Of a DNA stretch of 64,000 nt, positions 46,494 through 55,347 are shown in pieces. Numbering within the stretch: the first letter of the stretch is position 1; each line of letters opens with the position of its first letter. The position numbers were made by a program, and so were the translations under genes. The notes under the pieces were generated by a model, which had not been told where the DNA came from, searched no databases, and saw only the letters and a program-made list of their open reading frames with translations. This DNA is from Candidatus Nomurabacteria bacterium. GTDB taxonomy: Bacteria > Patescibacteriota > Saccharimonadia > Saccharimonadales > VXPC01. The stretch covers positions 357,854 through 421,853 of the forward strand of contig JACKGQ010000001.1 of assembly GCA_020631905.1 (NCBI GenBank). Reading direction: 5' to 3'.

Positions 46494-47435
46494 CTATTTT
46501 GCTAAATATTCGTAGGCTAGCTTAGAGAGATTCGCGATATGGGAGTTAGTGGTGTCGTCGTCGTTACCCTCGAGCATAATACAGATTACATAGTTGTTAT
46601 TCTCTAAATAGACTATGCCACAGTCACTTTGGACTTGCATGTTAAAAACGCCAATCTTATGTGCGATTTCAATGCTTTTATCATCCACCCCAGCAACGAT
46701 TCGATTGTCAAAGCTAGTTTTAGTAAGTAGCTCTAAGATTGCTTGAGAATCTCCTTTACTGTTGTAGCAGGCAAAGTATAGACATTTCAAGAACGAACTA
46801 TACGATCTCGTTCCGATATCAATCGAACCGTCATTTGCCATACTAAGCTCGATATCGAGTGCACCAAGGGCTCGATCTTGGTCTTCTAAAATCGGGGTTG
46901 TTGTGTCGAGGATCGCACGGAGCGCGGTATTGTCTGAGTCTGTTAAGAGTATTTCAACCGCTTCACCCAAACTTAACATGTAGCCGGCACCTTTTTTGTA
47001 AAGTTCGCCATAGCCATCGTTTAGCCACTCTTGCTTGAGTTTGATTGTGTCACTAAGATTTACTTTACCCAATTCTTTGGCCTTATAAAGTTCCATAGCT
47101 ACAGGAAGCTTTATTAAGGATGCGGCACGATACTTGACGTCAGGATTTACCCTTACAGATGTACCTGTAGGCAGGTATTCGAAATATAACGAGCCCGACA
47201 GACTATTGTCGGAAAAATATTGTCTAAAGCTTGACCTAAGGCTGCTAAAATTTATACGTTTATCATTCGGATTATCTAAGAATAGGCGCTTTGCGAGCAA
47301 CCGATAACTTTGGGAGCTGGAGCTGTCTTGAATATCGTTAGAGCTGTTGACTGCATTGAATAGTATAATATTGCCAATGATCGAAACTATGAGTAAGAGG
47401 GTTATGGTAAATGATAGCTTGTTTAGCCGTCTCAT
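46494..47435 (-). CDS. membrane-anchored serine hydrolase (class A beta-lactamase / PBP-like fold)
   Basis: 313 aa with an N-terminal TM segment. SxxK (ASLIK), SDN (TDSDNTA) and a KTG-like motif (HKIGV). Confidence 0.7.
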   Translation of the reverse strand: MRRLNKLSFTITLLLIVSIIGNIILFNAVNSSNDIQDSSSSQSYRLLAKRLFLDNPNDKRINFSSLRSSFRQYFSDNSLSGSLYFEYLPTGTSVRVNPDVKYRAASLIKLPVAMELYKAKELGKVNLSDTIKLKQEWLNDGYGELYKKGAGYMLSLGEAVEILLTDSDNTALRAILDTTTPILEDQDRALGALDIELSMANDGSIDIGTRSYSSFLKCLYFACYNSKGDSQAILELLTKTSFDNRIVAGVDDKSIEIAHKIGVFNMQVQSDCGIVYLENNNYVICIMLEGNDDDTTNSHIANLSKLAYEYLAK

Positions 47436-47535
47436 GATGTAGGTTAAGTATCTCAGACATATAATCTCTCCACAAGCCCACTCGGAATCAATATATAATG
47501 CTAAAAGGGCACATAAATCGTATAATATATTCTAT

Positions 47536-48270
47536 ATGGATGGCGGGAAGAGAAAAGACGTAGGTAACGCGCTGCTTAAACGGCTTCAAGGCGTACAGGC
47601 TACTAATCGAGATATTGGTGAAATATGGCGCAGTCGCAATAACGTAAAAAACAAAGAGCTAGCGGAAGATGCTCAAAAAAAGCAAAAAGCTAAACAGATT
47701 CGACAAAAACGTCTTAAACAAACCGCTGCGCGTACAAAAAACATCTTAAAACCAAATAAACAAAAAGCCACAGTGGTTGCGACACTACTGGCCATAGTTA
47801 TCTTTGCAAATACGCGCGGAACAAACAATATTGCGCAAGAAGTATCAAAGACGACAACTACAGTACTAGGCGATCAATCTAGTCAAGAAGATATACCAAA
47901 AGTAGACTCAAGTGATCTTGAGTTTCAACTACTTTATCCTAACGGTGACCCCAGCAACTATACCGTAAGAAAGATAAATCCGCCGAATACCGCAACTACT
48001 TACACGTATATCGTTAGCCTAGACAAGCAATCTGAAATATACGTAAGCCAACAACAGGTACCAGATAATTTTGACCTCGCTAAGGTAGCAACTGACTTTC
48101 AGGCCACTAATATTATTGAAGTCGATAGCGTAAAACTATATAGCGGAATATCCGAAAAACAGGGCATACAATCTGTAGTGTTTATTAAAGACAACACACT
48201 ATTCTTAATTAAAAGCCCGACAAAGCTATCCGATGATGAATGGGTAAGTTTTTACCTAAGTCTCAGGTAG
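47536..48270 (+). CDS. hypothetical single-pass membrane protein (Lys-rich cytoplasmic N-terminus, extracellular C-domain)
   Basis: 244 aa. TM segment VVATLLAIVIFA. I recognise no family. Confidence 0.5.
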   Translation: MDGGKRKDVGNALLKRLQGVQATNRDIGEIWRSRNNVKNKELAEDAQKKQKAKQIRQKRLKQTAARTKNILKPNKQKATVVATLLAIVIFANTRGTNNIAQEVSKTTTTVLGDQSSQEDIPKVDSSDLEFQLLYPNGDPSNYTVRKINPPNTATTYTYIVSLDKQSEIYVSQQQVPDNFDLAKVATDFQATNIIEVDSVKLYSGISEKQGIQSVVFIKDNTLFLIKSPTKLSDDEWVSFYLSLR

Positions 48271-48403
48271 CCGTATATGGTTAGTACCATAAGGCTGTGC
48301 ATTATCAAACTAGTTTAGATTGTCTCGAGGCACAACAGATGAGACAATGATGGTGGCTTAAAAAAAACCAATACCAAAAGCCAAAACAAAAACAAACAAC
48401 AAT

Positions 48404-51400
48404 ATGCTAACTTCTCTCGTAGATCGCACCTACGCACGGTTGAGGGTTATGGTAATCATAGCTCTTGGCACGCTGTTGTTTGGCGTTGTTCTGCTAGTGT
48501 TAACCCGATCGGCCTCAGCCGCCACAAGTGCTGAACTAAATTTCCAAGCTCGACTGCAAAGTAACACTGGTGTATTAATCCCAGATGGAAATTATCATGT
48601 AGAATTCAAGCTTTATGATGCTGTATCTGGAGGCTCACTTCTTTGGACAGAGACCTACACCACCGGAAACTTGATTACAGTCAAGAATGGCTACTTAACG
48701 ACTCAGCTAGGGTCGTTAACTGCTTTCCCGGGCACAATTGACTGGTCGCAAGAGCTTTGGCTGAGTGTGAATGTCGGCGGTAATGGCGGGGCAGCTAGCT
48801 GGGACGGCGAAATGTCGCCAAGACTAAAACTAACAGCAGTACCATATGCTTTCTCGGCCGGCTCAGTGCAAAGCAGTGTTGGGGCTCTGACTGGTGACGA
48901 ATTAGTGCAACTAGCACCTAGCACTATTCAATCGATTGGCGATGCAGTCAGCGCGCTCAGAATAAACCAAACCGGCCTTGGTGGGCTACTGCAGTTACAA
49001 GGGGATGGGTCGGATGTATTTACCGTCAGCAAAAATGGCGAAACGACTATTGGTGGTGGACTAAAAGTTGGCAACAGTACGTCTACGATTGCTGGAACCA
49101 TTCGATGGACGGGCGCCGATCTAGAAGTATATAGCGGCGCTGGTTGGGTTTCGTTAACTACGGGAAGTGGAGGAGGTGGCTCCACCGGAACCTCTGTAAC
49201 CTATACTGCCGGGTTAAAAAATGCTCCGGCTAATACCACTGGTTTGGCTGTCGAGACATTGATCTTCACTTCGGCGACAGCTGTATCGAACACAGCTGGT
49301 GTGACAGGATTCACAGCTCCAGCAGACGGTAGTTTTCGAGCATGTTTGGTTAAAAACAATGCTAACGTAACCGGCGGCACCTTTACGATACGCTGGCGGG
49401 TAAATGGTGTATCTACTGGCTCTGGAGTCTGCCAGATGAGTACATCCAACAACCGCCAGAGATCTGAGCTTATAGATGGGGGCACGGTAACATTTAACGC
49501 CGGTGACACTATTGGCATAGCAGTCGATACCGTTGGTCTTGCTCCAACAACAGATGACTTCACAGTTTACTGGACCGTAGAATACAACAACTCAGCTACT
49601 AGTAGTTATTTCCAGAACGGTGGGAATGATTTCGGAGGCCTGGCAAGTTTAGGTACGAGCGCAGGGACTGGTGATGGCTTAAACATCATTACGGATGGGG
49701 CGACAAGATTGTCGATATCTGCAACTGGAGATACCACGTTCTACAATGGGCTAACTGCTAGCAATGGCTTAACCATCTCCTCCGGTGGTCTCGACCTTAA
49801 CACTACAGGCCTAACCAACGCTGGCGCAGTTTCTGGTCTAACTAGCTTGAGCGGCTCTAGTGCATTAACTTTACAGAGTGGCGGAGCGGGAGACCTAACT
49901 CTAGACTCAGCTAGCGACGTGCTTATTCTATCTGACCCAACCCTACGTCGAATTGCCGCTGGTACTACCACAATAGATTTGTCCGACAATACCGCCGATA
50001 CAACCCTATCCATCCAGAATAGCGACGGCACATATGTGGCTGGACTAAATGTAGAAGGTGGTATAACAGCCAGTAGCTTTAGTGGTGACGGGTCTGGATT
50101 GACAGATCTAAATGGTAACGAGATAACAAGCGGAACAATCGACGATGCTAGACTTAGTGCAAATGTAACTCTTCTTGGCAATACGTTTAATGGCACAAAC
50201 CAACTAGTACAGTTGGATGGCTCGGGCAACCTACCAGGACTGGACGGATCCGCACTTACGAACCTGAGTGCAGCTAATCTGACTGGCGTCTTACCCGGAC
50301 TAGATGGATCGGCATTAATAAATTTGAATGCGTCAAGCTTATCAAGTGGAACTGTATCAGACAGCTTATTAACTTCAAATGTCGCACTCCTCAACGGGAC
50401 ACAAACATTTACAGCAGAGCAAACATTTAATGGTGGCTTAGTGATTGGTGGTGGTGGGTCGGCAGTCGCGGGTACTATCAGATGGAATGGGGTTGATCTA
50501 GAACTCTACGACGGATCTAGCTGGGTATCATTAACCTCAGGTGGAGGTTCTGGGCCATTATCTGTAGCATTTATTCAAGCCTATGACACTACTGGTGGAA
50601 CAGATTTAAATACTGGAACACCTACTGCAGTGCCTTGGGATAGTGAAACCAAGAAAGACACCGGATTTACACACAGCAACGTGACCAACAATACCCGCAT
50701 CTATCTAGACGACCCGGGATGGTACAAAATAAGCTATAACATTAGTGGAGCAAACCAGTCTGCAAATCGAAACACAACTTTCTGTCAAGTTAGGATGAAC
50801 GGCTCCACATATAATACGCCTAGTGGCTCTTATTCTTATGCTCGCAATACTACCGACGCCTACACTACAAACAGCTCGTCAGTATATATCCAGACTACTG
50901 CTGCAAACGAGTATTATGAAGTTCTGTGTTCTCAGGCCGGATCGTCCGGTGCGCAATACGCTGTCGCCGGTAGCTCGTGGACAATAGCAGAGCTAACCAC
51001 AACACCTACAGGCGGTTCGGGTATTTCTTTCGATCAAGGTGGTAACTCTTTCGGAAGCGCGGGAGTATTAGGTACGACAGACACAAATGGCTTAAGTGTC
51101 ATCACAGATGGGACTACTCGAGTAACAATTACTTCTTCCGGAGATACGACTTTCCTTGGCTCCGTAACCATCTCCTCCGGTGGTCTCGACCTTAACACTA
51201 CAGGCCTAACCAACGCTGGCGCAGTTTCTGGTCTAACTAGCTTGAGTGGCTCTAGTGCATTAACTTTACAGAGTGGCGGAGCGGGAGACCTAACTCTAGA
51301 CTCAGCTAGCGACGTGCTTATTCTATCTGACCCAACCCTACGTCGAATTGCCGCTGGTACTACCACAATAGATTTGTCCGACAATACCGCCGATACAACC

Positions 51401-52666
51401 CTATCCATCCAGAATAGCGACGGCACATATGTGGCTGGACTAAATGTAGAAGGTGGTATAACAGCCAGTAGCTTTAGTGGTGACGGGTCTGGATTGACAG
51501 ATCTAAATGGTAACGAGATAACAAGCGGAACAATCGACGATGCTAGACTTAGTGCAAATGTAACTCTTCTTGGCAATACGTTTAATGGCACAAACCAACT
51601 AGTACAGTTGGATGGCTCGGGCTTAATCGTCGATTCTTTGCTTACAACCAATATTGCCAGACTAGACGGCACACAGTCGTTTAGTGGCACAAACACATAT
51701 AATAGTGGCGGTATAGTACTAGGGCTTTCGACATTCTCGACTTTGGCAAGTTCCTCAAGAAGCATTGTTCTACCAGATGCAAGTGGCACGCTGTGTATTA
51801 GTGGTACTGCGGCATGTGGTTTTGTGCTGTTTGGCCAAAGTAGTGCACAGGTAGACTCTAGTACAGATAGATCGATATATATTAATAAAACAGGGGCTAG
51901 TGGTAATATACTTGAACTTCAGCGCAGTGGTACGGGGGTCTTTACGATTGCAAACTCTGGTGCAGTTAGTATTATGCTTACCGATACAGCGGCATTATCA
52001 GTTAATAATGCTGGTGGCACTCAGTATCTAGGAGTTGATACTTCTGGAGGAATAATAAATATTGGATCAAGTACAACCGATGCAACTTCGATACTGTTTG
52101 TTCTAGATAGCTACAATTCAGGTACGGACCCAAGTGGCTATGCAGGAGCAATGTACTATAACTCTAGCTTAGATAAGTTCCGTTGTTACGAAGGCGGCTC
52201 CTGGAAAGATTGCATTGGCACAAGGCAAGTTCGAAGTTTTGTCGATACTACTTCAGACGCCGCCGCAGATAATAACACGACCGACTATTGGGATACAGCG
52301 GCAGAGAATAATAATTCTTTTGCAAACCTAACACCAAGTTCAACAGCTAAGTCAATCACAGGTAGTGTTAGTTTTGAAACTCAGGAAACAGGCAGTACGG
52401 CAGATAGATCAATTGTGGCGAGGGTCGAGCGGGGCATTGGTTCTCCGCCTACATGTGGCAGTGGCACACCAGTCGGCACCATACTCAGTACCTTCACTAC
52501 CAACAACAACGAGCAAGCATCTAATACCATGATCTTCCTTGACTCACCATCTACTACTTCGACTGTCTATTACACTCTGTGTGCAGATACAGCTACAAGT
52601 AGTGCAGCTAACATGACCATTAACCGGATTCGTATCACCCTTGAAGAGGCGAATAACACAAATTAA
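48404..52666 (+). CDS. giant secreted/surface protein 3 (divergent copy of the shared N-module; duplicated stalk and possibly jelly-roll-like modules)
   Basis: 1420 aa. Signal peptide ...LLVLTRSASA, then ATSAELNFQARLQSNTGVLIPDGNYHVEFKLYD...WDGEMSPRLKLT. Two GTIRW.G.DLE.Y.G..WVSLT motifs, each followed by a c.150-aa module. C-terminal module with GAMYYNSSLDKFRCYEGGSWKDC, homologous to the gene 2 C-terminus. Confidence 0.85.
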   Translation: MLTSLVDRTYARLRVMVIIALGTLLFGVVLLVLTRSASAATSAELNFQARLQSNTGVLIPDGNYHVEFKLYDAVSGGSLLWTETYTTGNLITVKNGYLTTQLGSLTAFPGTIDWSQELWLSVNVGGNGGAASWDGEMSPRLKLTAVPYAFSAGSVQSSVGALTGDELVQLAPSTIQSIGDAVSALRINQTGLGGLLQLQGDGSDVFTVSKNGETTIGGGLKVGNSTSTIAGTIRWTGADLEVYSGAGWVSLTTGSGGGGSTGTSVTYTAGLKNAPANTTGLAVETLIFTSATAVSNTAGVTGFTAPADGSFRACLVKNNANVTGGTFTIRWRVNGVSTGSGVCQMSTSNNRQRSELIDGGTVTFNAGDTIGIAVDTVGLAPTTDDFTVYWTVEYNNSATSSYFQNGGNDFGGLASLGTSAGTGDGLNIITDGATRLSISATGDTTFYNGLTASNGLTISSGGLDLNTTGLTNAGAVSGLTSLSGSSALTLQSGGAGDLTLDSASDVLILSDPTLRRIAAGTTTIDLSDNTADTTLSIQNSDGTYVAGLNVEGGITASSFSGDGSGLTDLNGNEITSGTIDDARLSANVTLLGNTFNGTNQLVQLDGSGNLPGLDGSALTNLSAANLTGVLPGLDGSALINLNASSLSSGTVSDSLLTSNVALLNGTQTFTAEQTFNGGLVIGGGGSAVAGTIRWNGVDLELYDGSSWVSLTSGGGSGPLSVAFIQAYDTTGGTDLNTGTPTAVPWDSETKKDTGFTHSNVTNNTRIYLDDPGWYKISYNISGANQSANRNTTFCQVRMNGSTYNTPSGSYSYARNTTDAYTTNSSSVYIQTTAANEYYEVLCSQAGSSGAQYAVAGSSWTIAELTTTPTGGSGISFDQGGNSFGSAGVLGTTDTNGLSVITDGTTRVTITSSGDTTFLGSVTISSGGLDLNTTGLTNAGAVSGLTSLSGSSALTLQSGGAGDLTLDSASDVLILSDPTLRRIAAGTTTIDLSDNTADTTLSIQNSDGTYVAGLNVEGGITASSFSGDGSGLTDLNGNEITSGTIDDARLSANVTLLGNTFNGTNQLVQLDGSGLIVDSLLTTNIARLDGTQSFSGTNTYNSGGIVLGLSTFSTLASSSRSIVLPDASGTLCISGTAACGFVLFGQSSAQVDSSTDRSIYINKTGASGNILELQRSGTGVFTIANSGAVSIMLTDTAALSVNNAGGTQYLGVDTSGGIINIGSSTTDATSILFVLDSYNSGTDPSGYAGAMYYNSSLDKFRCYEGGSWKDCIGTRQVRSFVDTTSDAAADNNTTDYWDTAAENNNSFANLTPSSTAKSITGSVSFETQETGSTADRSIVARVERGIGSPPTCGSGTPVGTILSTFTTNNNEQASNTMIFLDSPSTTSTVYYTLCADTATSSAANMTINRIRITLEEANNTN
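49770..50227 (+). repeat. 458-bp intragenic direct repeat, copy 1 (partner 51165-51622)
   Basis: I saw a single mismatch (gagcggc vs gagtggc, synonymous). Offset 1395 bp (465 codons, in frame). Confidence 0.9.
51165..51622 (+). repeat. 458-bp intragenic direct repeat, copy 2
   Basis: taaccatctcctccggtggtctcgaccttaacactacagg...agttggatggctcgggc, as in copy 1. Confidence 0.9.
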
Positions 52667-52668
52667 TC

Positions 52669-52890
52669 ATGAAAAACTTTACCTTTACCACACCAGTAAC
52701 AAACCTAAATAATCTTACCAAGAACATATTATATATTGGTGCAGGATTAACCCAAAAGAACGTCGTAAAATACATTTCTACATCTGCTAGCATCAACTAT
52801 AGTAGCAACTGGCTAAGCGGAATCATAAGCCGCGTCTATCGATACATTCAGCTCGCAGTTATCTATCAAAAAACTCTTGATGACCCATAG
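52669..52890 (+). CDS. small hypothetical ORF directly after giant gene 3 (doubtful)
   Basis: 73 aa. The ATG is 2 nt after the stop of the giant gene. No SD and no recognisable family. Confidence 0.25.
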   Translation: MKNFTFTTPVTNLNNLTKNILYIGAGLTQKNVVKYISTSASINYSSNWLSGIISRVYRYIQLAVIYQKTLDDP

Positions 52891-53001
52891 CTTTAGGGCT
52901 ATCGATATTAATTTTCTCGTATGATATTGATTAAAAACTAAAAAAAATTTTTGTTTAACTGTATAATACCTCGGTGATAAGTATGAGGGTTATAGGTTAG
53001 T

Positions 53002-53751
53002 ATGGTTATTTCTGTGATTAACCAAAAAGGGGGAGTAGGCAAAACGACTACGTCTATCAACCTCTCCGCAGAACTAGCCCGAAATGGCAAAAAAGTACTA
53101 CTTGTAGATTTAGACCCACAAGGTAATGCTACGAGTGGGCTTGGTATTGGTATAGCCGAAAATTCTTTTGGAGTCGATAGTTTACTTAGTGGTGAGGCGG
53201 AGCTAGCTGGAGTTGCTCAAAAACTTGTAAATTTAGGTTTTGATCTAGTGCCTTCAGATGGTTCGCTAGCCGGACTAGATCTGCAGCTAGTTAACCACGA
53301 ACACCGTGAACATATCTTGAGTAATGTACTAAAAGGCGCAAGCTACGACTATATTGTAATTGATTGTCCACCTTCGATGGGATTATTTTCGATTAATGCT
53401 TTGACGGCGAGTGATCAAGTAATAATTCCAGTTCAAGCGGAGTATTATGCGCTCGAGGGGTTGGGTCAACTTTTACAGCTTATTCAACGTGTCCAAGAAA
53501 CAGCCAATCCCAATCTGAGAGTAATGGGGTTGTTGTTGACTATGTTTGATAAACGAACAAGTCTTTCGACGGATGTTAAGCAGCAACTCCAAAATCATTT
53601 TGCCGATCTCGTAATGCAGACTGTTATCCCACGGAATGTTCGTCTAGCCGAAGCACCAAGTTACGGATTACCGATTTATCAGTACGATAAGTGGTCAAAA
53701 GGCGCCAAAGCCTATAAACTGTTGGCTAAGGAGGTTACGCAACATGGCTAG
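53002..53751 (+). CDS. parA: chromosome partitioning ATPase ParA/Soj
   Basis: Deviant Walker A NQKGGVGKTTT. Typical ParA length, followed by parB with an 8-nt overlap. Confidence 0.9.
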   Translation: MVISVINQKGGVGKTTTSINLSAELARNGKKVLLVDLDPQGNATSGLGIGIAENSFGVDSLLSGEAELAGVAQKLVNLGFDLVPSDGSLAGLDLQLVNHEHREHILSNVLKGASYDYIVIDCPPSMGLFSINALTASDQVIIPVQAEYYALEGLGQLLQLIQRVQETANPNLRVMGLLLTMFDKRTSLSTDVKQQLQNHFADLVMQTVIPRNVRLAEAPSYGLPIYQYDKWSKGAKAYKLLAKEVTQHG

Positions 53752-54619
53752 GGGATTAGGCAAGGGAATTGATGCGATTTTACCTAACGATATAAATATC
53801 AACCGACTTGTGCCGGGTGTCGTAGTTCAAGAAATTGAAGTGACTTCTATAGTCCCAAACCCAGAACAGCCACGTCGTACAATATCTGAATTTGAATTGT
53901 CTGAACTAGCTCAATCAATCGCCGAACACGGAGTATTACAACCACTATTAGTAAGTAAAACAAGCAGCGGTTACCAGGTTATTGCTGGCGAACGTCGCCT
54001 AAGAGCCGCAACTCAAGCTGGCCTCAGTCGGGTACCATGTATAGTCAGAACACTCGATGACCTGCAAACACTCCAAGTGGCTCTAATTGAAAATATGCAA
54101 CGCCAAGATCTGAGCCCACTCGAACAAGCGGTTTCCATAAAGCGTTTACACGATGACTTCGGACAGACATACGAGCAGGTAGCTAAAAGTCTCGGTAGGG
54201 CATACGCATCTGTTGCGAATACTGTACGCTTACTTAAACTGCCAGAAGAAATTCAGAATGCTCTTGCAAAAAAGCAGATTAGCGAAGGCCATGCCCGTAG
54301 TCTGCTTGCGCTTCAGGATACATCTGAGCAAATGATATTATTCAAGAACATTATCGAACACGGATGGTCTGTAAGACGTGCCGAACAGTACGTAGTCGAG
54401 GTCAAAGCTTCGGCAAAAATAGAGAATAAAAAAGTTGCTCAACGCCATACAAACTACCTTGAAGATGAATGGACTGCCAGCCTTACTAAGAAGTTGAATA
54501 GCCAAGTAGTGATCCAGCCTACAGCTAAGGGCGGATATATAAAAATTGAATACAAAAATGATGATGAGCTAAGTCGAATTAAATCACAACTCAGCCAACA
54601 GGAAACAAACGGACCGTGA
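53744..54619 (+). CDS. parB: chromosome partitioning protein ParB/Spo0J
   Basis: ParB box GERRLRAA, PNPEQPRR and an HTH region. Confidence 0.9.
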   Translation: MARGLGKGIDAILPNDININRLVPGVVVQEIEVTSIVPNPEQPRRTISEFELSELAQSIAEHGVLQPLLVSKTSSGYQVIAGERRLRAATQAGLSRVPCIVRTLDDLQTLQVALIENMQRQDLSPLEQAVSIKRLHDDFGQTYEQVAKSLGRAYASVANTVRLLKLPEEIQNALAKKQISEGHARSLLALQDTSEQMILFKNIIEHGWSVRRAEQYVVEVKASAKIENKKVAQRHTNYLEDEWTASLTKKLNSQVVIQPTAKGGYIKIEYKNDDELSRIKSQLSQQETNGP

Positions 54620-54627
54620 GTTGAGTA

Positions 54628-55302
54628 TTAGAAGCGATCGATTTGATCAAAAGGGTACATGCGCAAACTTAAAACCCCGACAATATCTTTTGAGCTCACT
54701 AGGCCAAACACTCGAGAATCTAGCGAGGCACTCGGTAATCGATTGTCGCCAATAACATAAATCGTGCCTGCTTCGACCACTTGATCTACATTGCCTTCGG
54801 TGTATTTGTAGAGATCTAAATTTTCCAGTTTGTCTGGGTTAAAACCATCGGGATTTTCCTGATTATAAACGGTAACTGTACCTTGGCTAACAACAACTCG
54901 GTCACCAGGTATACCGACGACTCGTTTTATGAGCTGTTTCCCAAGTTTATCGCTGTTAAAGATAACTATATCGCCACGACTTGGAATATAGTCGGTTTGG
55001 GTAATACGACTCCAGGTTTTGCCTGTTTTACTAACTATAAGCCTGTCGGCATTGTGGAGAGTTGGTTCCATGCTACTGCCTTCGACTTCGTAAGGTTGAA
55101 ACACGAATGCATTAATCATTAGTGCCGTCAAGAAAGCGGCACCAAACAGCATTAGAGATGATAATAGACTTTTATGTTGCCGATAGAAGCCCTTCAGGCT
55201 CCATTCATTCGATGTAGTAGGCGTCTGTTCTGGTAAGTTCTGAACCGGTTTATTTTCTTCATCCATGGGTTCATATTGTATCGCTTTGCTGTCCAGAGCC
55301 AA
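54628..55302 (-). CDS. lepB: signal peptidase I
   Basis: S26 boxes GSSMEPTL (catalytic Ser), IKRVVGIPGD (catalytic Lys) and GDNRLPSASLDSR. The start is uncertain: TTG 55302 or ATG 55266. Confidence 0.85.
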   Translation of the reverse strand: MALDSKAIQYEPMDEENKPVQNLPEQTPTTSNEWSLKGFYRQHKSLLSSLMLFGAAFLTALMINAFVFQPYEVEGSSMEPTLHNADRLIVSKTGKTWSRITQTDYIPSRGDIVIFNSDKLGKQLIKRVVGIPGDRVVVSQGTVTVYNQENPDGFNPDKLENLDLYKYTEGNVDQVVEAGTIYVIGDNRLPSASLDSRVFGLVSSKDIVGVLSLRMYPFDQIDRF

Positions 55303-55347
55303 AGCTTATTTTGTGTAAGCTTATATAAAATGGCGTGTTAAAATGTA

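Noticed and set aside
27775-51789. Long antisense ORFs within the giant genes (for example 28792-29229, 29551-30354, 34591-35445, 35974-36432, 49741-50394 and 51034-51789, all minus strand)
   Set aside because: They mirror the sense repeats exactly and are Pro/Val/Ala/Glu-rich low-complexity translations. They arise because the GGT/ACT/GCT/AAC-rich sense codons rarely create stops on the opposite strand. They have no RBS or independent signals.
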